IMG/VR virus record: IMGVR_UViG_3300008117_003610
Span: 1-25,686 of that record
DNA length: 25,686 bases
Source of the DNA: a virus
Taxonomy: Duplodnaviria > Caudoviricetes
Strand: one strand, 5' to 3'
The notes below the pieces were generated by a model. The model searched no databases. It saw only the letters and a program-made list of their open reading frames with translations, and was not told where the DNA came from. Shown here one piece after another: positions 19,492 through 25,686 of the stretch; position 1 is the first letter of the stretch; each line of letters starts with the position of its first letter. Made by a program: the position numbers and the translations under genes.

Positions 19492-20829
19492 ATGGCTACT
19501 ACATCAACCCTTTCGGGTCCTGCTCTGAACAACCTTAAGTCCTTTAACGGGACTGAGGCTAATGCGTTCCAGAAGCTCGTTCAGGAGCTTGTGTCGCAGA
19601 ACGTTCAGACGGAACTTCGAAATCGCATGGTTCACGCCCTTCCGAGCAACTATATGCCGGGAACCTTCATCAAGGGCACCGATCGCATTCGTTACGTCCG
19701 CTACCCAGATATCAGCCACTCGTTGACTGAACTCTCGGAAGGCGTGACGCCTGACCCAGTGGTCAACCTCAGTGTTCGCACTGAGTACTTCTCGGTAAAG
19801 CAGTACGGTGCGTACACCAGCCTCAGCGACATTGTCCAGCAGGACTCGCCGCATGACTTGGTGTCCATTGCATCGGAGCGCATTTCGTTCGCAGCAGCGC
19901 AGTCCATGGACCGCATTGTCCGCGACGTTATGAACGCTGGTTCGGCTCGCGTGCACTACGCTCAGGCGCAGTCCACGACGTCAACCATTACTACCCGAGC
20001 AGGCCTTGCGGCTGCAACCATCAGCGACATCGCTGAAGGCGCTGCCCGCCAGGACTACAAGCTTAACGGCCTTGAGGTGAAGAAGGCTGTTGCCCGTCTT
20101 AAGACGGCCAACATTCCTCCGTTCGCTGACGGCTACTACCGCTGCATCATTCACCCAAATCAGCAATTCGACTTGCTGACGGATACTTCGGGACACGGCT
20201 TCCTTGAGGCCACGAAGTACACCCAGTCCCTTGACCTCCTGAACGGGGAAATCGGCGCCTATTCTGGCGTCCGCTTCCTTGTTTCCCCAGAGGCCAAGAC
20301 GTTTGATGTTGGCGGCACGAACGTGTACTCGGCACTCTTCTTCGGTCCTGACGCATTCGTCGTCGGCGACTCGCAGACGATGCAGACGTACTTCGTCGCA
20401 CCTGGTGGCGACCACTCCGACCCACTCTCGCAGCGCGCTCTCCTTGGTTACAAGGTGCGCTTCGGTGCGATGATCGTCGGCGAGGCTGCCGTCAGCGACT
20501 ACAGCGGTCTGAACAAGGCTGCCGTTGTCACGAACAAGGTACTCACCACCACGCTTGCAACCATCACCACGAGCGCCCCTCACGGGCTCTTCCCGGGTGA
20601 GAAGGTCAAGCTCACCGGTGTTGACTCGCAGCTTAACGGAACGACCTGGACGATCGCAGGCATCAGCGGCACCGCTGGCGCAGAGAACGTCTTCACGATC
20701 ACTCTCGTTGGCGCAACTGCGGTTGCCTCGACTGCAGTGAGCGACGGTTTCGTTAACAACGTTGTCCCACAGACCAGCACGGGCATTACCCGCTACCTGC
20801 GTCTTGAGACACGCGCAACCGCTCTGTAA
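19492..20829 (+). CDS. Major capsid protein (HK97 fold, N4-gp56-like) with an inserted ~99-aa beta domain
   Basis: LSEGVTP, VKQYGAYTSLSD, YRCIIHPNQQFDL, GEIGAYSGVRFLVS, DPLSQRALLGYK and the terminal RLETRAT match this family. GAGGAGG SD. Confidence 0.92.
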   Translation: MATTSTLSGPALNNLKSFNGTEANAFQKLVQELVSQNVQTELRNRMVHALPSNYMPGTFIKGTDRIRYVRYPDISHSLTELSEGVTPDPVVNLSVRTEYFSVKQYGAYTSLSDIVQQDSPHDLVSIASERISFAAAQSMDRIVRDVMNAGSARVHYAQAQSTTSTITTRAGLAAATISDIAEGAARQDYKLNGLEVKKAVARLKTANIPPFADGYYRCIIHPNQQFDLLTDTSGHGFLEATKYTQSLDLLNGEIGAYSGVRFLVSPEAKTFDVGGTNVYSALFFGPDAFVVGDSQTMQTYFVAPGGDHSDPLSQRALLGYKVRFGAMIVGEAAVSDYSGLNKAAVVTNKVLTTTLATITTSAPHGLFPGEKVKLTGVDSQLNGTTWTIAGISGTAGAENVFTITLVGATAVASTAVSDGFVNNVVPQTSTGITRYLRLETRATAL

Positions 20830-20847
20830 TTAGAGCTAATGGTGGAC

Positions 20848-20882
20848 TTCCCCCCGGCTGGGTTATGACCAGCTGGGGGGAG
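20848..20882 (+). terminator. GC-rich 14-bp stem-loop after the major capsid gene (terminator/attenuator or mRNA stabiliser)
   Basis: TTCCCCCCGGCTGG-GTTATGA-CCAGCTGGGGGGAG with two G:U pairs and no downstream U-run. Classic position for stepping expression down after the capsid gene. Confidence 0.7.
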
Positions 20883-20898
20883 CCCCGACAGGAGAGAA

Positions 20899-21561
20899 AT
20901 GGCAGCAATTGACACGCTTCTTCAGAAGATCCGTCGCGACTTGCGCGATACAGGGACGTCTGACGGCGTAGACCGAACGTGGAGCAATCAGGAGCTTATT
21001 GACCTGGTTAACCTTGCTCTTGTTGACATCTCCCGGGCCTACCCGCGAGAGGTTGTGTCTACCGTTGCAGTCCCGCAGGTTTATTCAAGCTCGCATCACA
21101 CAAGCATTGCACTACCAGCTGGCATGGAGACAGTGATCCGAATTGACGCTCTATGCTACAAGATTGACAATACAGTTAGCCCAATCGCCTCATGGTACGA
21201 AGCTCTTGGGCCGCTTGAGCCCTCCAATGGATACGGCAACTACAGCGGTTGGGAAACACACGCAGGAACAGTCTACCTGCAGCCAGGAATGTCAGAACTG
21301 ATCAGCCATCTTCGGTTGGTTGGATACGGGGACTGGACAATCGACACACTTGACGCGCAGGCAGAAGAGGCACTTCGGTACCACATTCAAGCTGAGGCAT
21401 TCTTCAAGCTCATGGCAGACCGCACCATGTTCCAGCAGTGGCAAGTCAACTCTGGTGCCACTGACGTATCTGTCCCAATGATCAACCAGAACTACACCAT
21501 CGCACGGCAGCGCTACGAGCGCCTCCTTGCGCGAATCAGGAAGATCAGGAGAGTTGCCTAA
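20899..21561 (+). CDS. Head-tail adaptor/connector protein
   Basis: Follows the capsid gene. N-terminal LLQKIRRDLRD...WSNQELIDLVNLALVDIS helices and C-terminal ALRYHIQAEAF...YERLL are typical of ~200-aa adaptors of short-tailed phages. Confidence 0.7.
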   Translation: MAAIDTLLQKIRRDLRDTGTSDGVDRTWSNQELIDLVNLALVDISRAYPREVVSTVAVPQVYSSSHHTSIALPAGMETVIRIDALCYKIDNTVSPIASWYEALGPLEPSNGYGNYSGWETHAGTVYLQPGMSELISHLRLVGYGDWTIDTLDAQAEEALRYHIQAEAFFKLMADRTMFQQWQVNSGATDVSVPMINQNYTIARQRYERLLARIRKIRRVA

Positions 21562-22400
21562 TGGATTTCAATCGTCCGATCAAGATTCAGACCGGCCCAT
21601 CAACGTTCCTAGACCTAAACTCACTAGCTGGAATCAGGGTAGGCGCTTCGCCTATTTCTGGGTTCAAGGTTGAGTCTGCTAACTATGCAGCCGTACCTGC
21701 TCAGGGGTTTATTGACAAGTCCGCCCTTCGGGACGGGTCAAGTGTCACTGAGGCGTACCTTGGGTCTCGCGGTGTTGAGCTGGTTGTGTCTGTATACGGA
21801 GAAACGATTGGAGACTTCTGGGACAACATTGACACCCTGACTGCGGCACTGCAGCCAATGCCGCGTGGGTTTGACTCCACGTACGGCGTTCGCGCATTGC
21901 GTTTCTTCCAGCCAACATGGGAGCTTGCGGCGCAGTTCCCTGGTGGAATTGAGTTAGACATGCTAGTTCGCCCAGCAAGCCTGCCAGTGTATAACGTTGG
22001 CCGGCGCACATCAGTCGGCAAGGCCAGCGATGGATTTGCGCAGCCAGCTCAGATTAGGCTTATTGCTCCAAACCCAAAGAAGTTCCTAACTACTACAAAG
22101 TCTGGCGCAGGAACACACAGAGGTTCGGCCCCTGTGTACCCAATTCTGACAAAGCCAGACTGCTCTGCTGCGGAAGAAGTAACATTCTCATGGACAAGCG
22201 GCGGCGTTACCAGCACGGTAGTAGCCAACGCAATTGAGGCTGGGGCTATCTCTATTGACACAGACACCATGTCTCAGGTAAACTGCAGGATTAGTCATGG
22301 AGATACAAGCGGAGACTTCTTGGTGTATCCAGGCTCGGTTGTAATTGAGGGCAGCACTTCGACCGGAGCGGTCGTCACGTACAGGGAGGCATGGCTTTGA
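21561..22400 (+). CDS. Distal tail protein (Dit)-like
   Basis: RDGSSVTEAYLGSRGVELVVSVYGETIGDFWDNIDTLTAAL, QIRLIAPNP and the terminal FLVYPG...VVTYREAWL match the siphovirus Dit pattern and size (279 aa). Confidence 0.7.
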   Translation: MDFNRPIKIQTGPSTFLDLNSLAGIRVGASPISGFKVESANYAAVPAQGFIDKSALRDGSSVTEAYLGSRGVELVVSVYGETIGDFWDNIDTLTAALQPMPRGFDSTYGVRALRFFQPTWELAAQFPGGIELDMLVRPASLPVYNVGRRTSVGKASDGFAQPAQIRLIAPNPKKFLTTTKSGAGTHRGSAPVYPILTKPDCSAAEEVTFSWTSGGVTSTVVANAIEAGAISIDTDTMSQVNCRISHGDTSGDFLVYPGSVVIEGSTSTGAVVTYREAWL

Positions 22401-25282
22401 GCAGCAGCGTTAGAATCCGCATCTTTGATATCGGAGCTAATAGGGGCGTTGGCAACGAGAGGTGTGTTATCTACGACGCTAAAAACGTTGGGTCTGAGGT
22501 ATACGCCAACGACGTCGGCAGCGCCTTCTGGACACTTCCAATCAACCATCCTCTCGTGCCGGAGCTGGTGCCACTTAAGCGGCACTACAAGGTTGAGCGC
22601 CTAAGCTCAGGCAACTGGATCCTTATCGGAGCCGGCTTGCTAACGACTTACGATGCGACAAACGACGAGATCGTCTATGAAGGCATGGACTACATGACGA
22701 TGCTCAGCATGCACTACACAAAGCTGGTTGGGCCTGAGTCTGGGTCAGAGATTGCCATCAAGCGTGAAGAGCCTGCCAGCACGACCGAGACGGTCACTAC
22801 TACACTGACGGCAACTCGGTCTGCATCGACCCTGTTCAGCACAACATCAGACTGGAACTCAAACGATACAGAGCAGCACATGGTCATTGGGGCCTTCCCA
22901 AACTCCTTTAACGTTGAGAATTATTACATCACATCAAACGTTGCGTCTGTGTTTATCAGTGGAACAACCTTTTCTCTTCTTAATAGCGGAGACGTAGTGT
23001 ACATTAGTGGCACGTCTTCCAGCAGGATTAACGGACTTAGAACCATTAGCAATAGGTTTCCAGCAGCAGGGTCAACGACAAGTGGTCAGATTACTTTTTC
23101 CACAAGCAGCGGATCAAACGTTGGCTCTGCTGGGTCGCCTATTTCTAGCACTGGGTACTGCTACTTTAAGAGGTACACATCAAGAGGCCTTGTAAAGTTT
23201 ACCCTCCCAAGCACCCTTGATTCAACTGCCACGGTAACAACTGCTAACCTAATCCTGACTCAGAGCAACACTAGCGGGGACCACTCAGTCACAGACAGCT
23301 CTCCTGGGGACTTGCTAGTCAACGCATCCGGAGTGGACTGGACGACTGACTCAACAACTGGGTCTGAAGGGTCGTGGGGCAACGCCAATGATACGACTCA
23401 CCCAAACTGCGACTGGGGCAGCGCAAGCTCATCTACCTCTGGTGGCCTTAGCAATATTACGTATACTGGAATAGGGTCAACGCACAACTCAACACACACG
23501 TTCTCAATCTCTAGTATTGTTAACTACTGGAAATCAAATCCATCTGCCAACAACAATGGCATTCTCATGTACAACACGAATGAGTCCGGAGTAACTGACA
23601 GCTTTACTATTTACAGTACGGCTGCCAGCGCTTCGTACCGTCCTAAGCTTGCCCTCACCTACACGTATCCAACAAGTTCTGCCACAAACATCAATGCGAA
23701 TGGCCTGTCCCATGGCCCAGCGGCTACGAAAGCGTTCCTAAAAGAGCGCACCTCCAATAGCACAGCAAGGCATGCCGGAAACGAGATTGCAGTATACACA
23801 AGGAATGAAGCTGGTGAGGCCAACAAAATTGACATGGTTTACGATGAGGTGGATAGCGTCTACACGCTAACGGGGTACACCTACATTGAACGATCTGCGA
23901 TCAACAACGACGAGAAGTTGTACAATAACGAAGAAGACGTGTACATTCCAAATAGGTTCAACGTAAACAGAATCCGAGTAAGCATTGTGGCAAGCCCTGG
24001 AGATGAGGTCTGCACGTTTAACGTGTGGCCAGACTCATGGACCGAGATTGCCCAGCCTGAGTCTCCTGTGATGCTTAAGTGGCGTCTAAAGCTACGCCAG
24101 CACGATGCTAATGTTGCAGAGGTAATTGCCCCTGCGTCCACAGTCCCAACGCTCAGCATTCCAAGCGGTCAGACAATCTACGGTAACTACACCGGAACTA
24201 CCCACAACATTACCAACTCGTACGAGATTAACTGCTTGACTAGTGGTGTTTCCTATACATTCGCTGCCTACACGATGGCAGAACTTGTAAACGTTTCGCC
24301 GCAGACTTCGTCAACGAATCCAAACTACGGCGGAGTTATGACTCACGACGTTAACGGTATTAGCGCCAGCACATCTGCAAGCCAGACGGTGGTTATGGGT
24401 CTTGAAAAGAAGACGCTGCAGGGTATCTTTGACAAGCAAATCCCGTATGTTACTGGCCAAGGAGAATCATTCAGTCGATTTGGTTGGCTAACCTTTGAGC
24501 TTGCATCTGGACAGTCTTGGAACTCTGAGCTCATCCGATACTTTACGTCCGGAGAATCCGTCCTTTCCTATCTGCGCAGCATGTGCGACAAGGAGATGGC
24601 GGCCAACCTTCTTACAGCCGATGCCTCAGCAAGGTGGGATGTTGTTGACGGAATCAAGATTCCATGGAGAACCGTCTTCAACTTTGTCGGGGTGCGCGGG
24701 GCAGCTGCTCCTGGTACCAAGCTGTACGTGGCTCCTGCGGTTACGCAGGCAAATCCAGTTTTTGTTTTTGATTACCCTGGTATGGTTGACCAATTTAGGT
24801 ACCGTCGCAACGGCAAAGACCTTAGGAACTCGGTGAGGGTCGTACCTGCCACTGCGTTCCTCACCGGGTCCACTACCAGCTCTGGCGGCTCTCGCTCTCA
24901 AGGAAAACTTGCTGAGAATGAATCTTCTATTGAAGAGTATGGGTATGCGCCAGTTCTGACCACTCAGGCAAACTTTGCAGATGCGGCAGAGCTTGAGAAG
25001 TATGCTCAGTCACAGGTGACAAAGTCAAGTGACATCCTAAACGTATCCATGGTAAGCATCCAGCTGGCGCCGGACAGCGTCAAGCCGTTTGAGGACTTTT
25101 TCCTTGGGGATATCGTTCGCGTCGCGGTGCGGAGGCAAAATGTTAACTACACAAATGCCTCAAGTCCAGACTTTATTGCTGACACCTATATCGTCGGAGG
25201 GGTTCGGTTTGAGCTCCCAGTTGACGGATCAGAGCGTGTAACACTAGACCTGGTGAAGACGAGCGAATTCGGCAGAGGATAG
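22397..25282 (+). CDS. Tal/baseplate-hub-like minor tail protein (ReqiPepy6 Gp37-like) with an inserted DNRLRE/CBM-like domain
   Basis: N-terminal NDVGSAFWTLP and C-terminal DFFLGDIVRV...GSERVTLDL hub pattern. Internal SRGLVKFTLPS...TANLILTQ...IVNYWKSNPSANNNGILM...RPKLALTY. Start is probably TTG 22397 (GGGAGG at 22384-22389; TTGA overlap) rather than ATG 22391. Confidence 0.7.
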   Translation: MSSSVRIRIFDIGANRGVGNERCVIYDAKNVGSEVYANDVGSAFWTLPINHPLVPELVPLKRHYKVERLSSGNWILIGAGLLTTYDATNDEIVYEGMDYMTMLSMHYTKLVGPESGSEIAIKREEPASTTETVTTTLTATRSASTLFSTTSDWNSNDTEQHMVIGAFPNSFNVENYYITSNVASVFISGTTFSLLNSGDVVYISGTSSSRINGLRTISNRFPAAGSTTSGQITFSTSSGSNVGSAGSPISSTGYCYFKRYTSRGLVKFTLPSTLDSTATVTTANLILTQSNTSGDHSVTDSSPGDLLVNASGVDWTTDSTTGSEGSWGNANDTTHPNCDWGSASSSTSGGLSNITYTGIGSTHNSTHTFSISSIVNYWKSNPSANNNGILMYNTNESGVTDSFTIYSTAASASYRPKLALTYTYPTSSATNINANGLSHGPAATKAFLKERTSNSTARHAGNEIAVYTRNEAGEANKIDMVYDEVDSVYTLTGYTYIERSAINNDEKLYNNEEDVYIPNRFNVNRIRVSIVASPGDEVCTFNVWPDSWTEIAQPESPVMLKWRLKLRQHDANVAEVIAPASTVPTLSIPSGQTIYGNYTGTTHNITNSYEINCLTSGVSYTFAAYTMAELVNVSPQTSSTNPNYGGVMTHDVNGISASTSASQTVVMGLEKKTLQGIFDKQIPYVTGQGESFSRFGWLTFELASGQSWNSELIRYFTSGESVLSYLRSMCDKEMAANLLTADASARWDVVDGIKIPWRTVFNFVGVRGAAAPGTKLYVAPAVTQANPVFVFDYPGMVDQFRYRRNGKDLRNSVRVVPATAFLTGSTTSSGGSRSQGKLAENESSIEEYGYAPVLTTQANFADAAELEKYAQSQVTKSSDILNVSMVSIQLAPDSVKPFEDFFLGDIVRVAVRRQNVNYTNASSPDFIADTYIVGGVRFELPVDGSERVTLDLVKTSEFGRG

Positions 25283-25288
25283 CGTTCT

Positions 25289-25323
25289 GTGGTATAATTG
25301 GGGGTAGGAGGGGACTTCCCTCC
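25289..25323 (+). promoter_or_regulatory. Extended -10 promoter (GTGGTATAATTG) followed by a short leader hairpin GGAGGG...CCCTCC
   Basis: Intergenic, at the boundary between the structural module and a DNA-metabolism gene. TATAAT at 25293-25298, hairpin at 25307-25323. Confidence 0.6.
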
Positions 25324-25342
25324 GCAAGATATGGAGGCAAAG

Positions 25343-25686
25343 ATGGCAAACGATGGAGCGATTGAGCGCATCGCAGCGCTCAAGGAAAAGGGGCTCTCCT
25401 TTCAGGAGATCGCTGCCCAGTTGGACATCACTAAGGACCAGGCGCAGAAGCTGTACAAGCGGTATGCGGCCACACATCCAGAGGCGCCTGCGGACGCACG
25501 GGTAATTGAGTCGACCCCTAAGGGCGACTATGCCGGGTTCCGCATCGCGTTCTATGACCTAGAGACCACGTACTCGTCGTGGACTACGATCTTCTGCATG
25601 AGCGTCGCAGATGAGCACGGTAACGTAAAGACCCTGTCGCTAGAGACGCACAAGGGAAAGACATGGATGGACGACAGCAAGCTGGT
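25343..25686 (+). CDS. HTH + DEDD/RNase H-like 3'-5' exonuclease, 3'-truncated
   Basis: Translated by hand; absent from the track because it runs off the window. SD GGAGG at 25333-25337. MANDGAIERIAALKEKGLSFQEIAAQLDITKDQAQKLYKRY is HTH-like, followed by RIAFYDLETT (ExoI DxE motif). Confidence 0.75.
   Translation, partial: MANDGAIERIAALKEKGLSFQEIAAQLDITKDQAQKLYKRYAATHPEAPADARVIESTPKGDYAGFRIAFYDLETTYSSWTTIFCMSVADEHGNVKTLSLETHKGKTWMDDSKL

Noticed and set aside
19504-20786. Long antisense ORFs (150 and 200 aa) opposite the capsid gene
   Set aside because: Expected from codon bias in a highly expressed gene; no recognisable motifs.

Overview
The window is a compact, single-strand (+) structural and lysis region of a tailed dsDNA phage (Caudoviricetes). 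Gene order: 5'-truncated large virion protein with a Gly-zipper C-terminus; a 56-aa basic protein missed by the ORF track; a beta-sandwich fibre-associated protein; a collagen-like fibre; a 52-aa Cys-rich protein (missed); a small membrane protein; a C39-like peptidase fused to a holin-like domain; terminase small subunit; DUF6321-like basic protein; terminase large subunit; portal; two large putative internal/ejection proteins; scaffold; N4-gp56-type major capsid protein; head-tail adaptor; Dit-like protein; Tal/hub-like protein; and a 3'-truncated HTH + DEDD exonuclease gene (missed). Four features stand out. (1) One lysis ORF appears to hold three products: a peptidase-holin fusion, a free holin from an internal in-frame start with its own SD, and a 6-Cys zinc-finger microprotein overprinted in the -1 frame of the linker. 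(2) Siphovirus-type Dit/Tal genes directly follow a podovirus-like head/adaptor module, with no tail tube or tape measure gene between them. (3) A related beta-rich module is inserted inside both the capsid protein and the Tal protein. (4) TGGTATAAT occurs four times on the + strand, once as a perfect sigma70 promoter inside terL. All family assignments come from recognising motifs by eye; no database searches were run.
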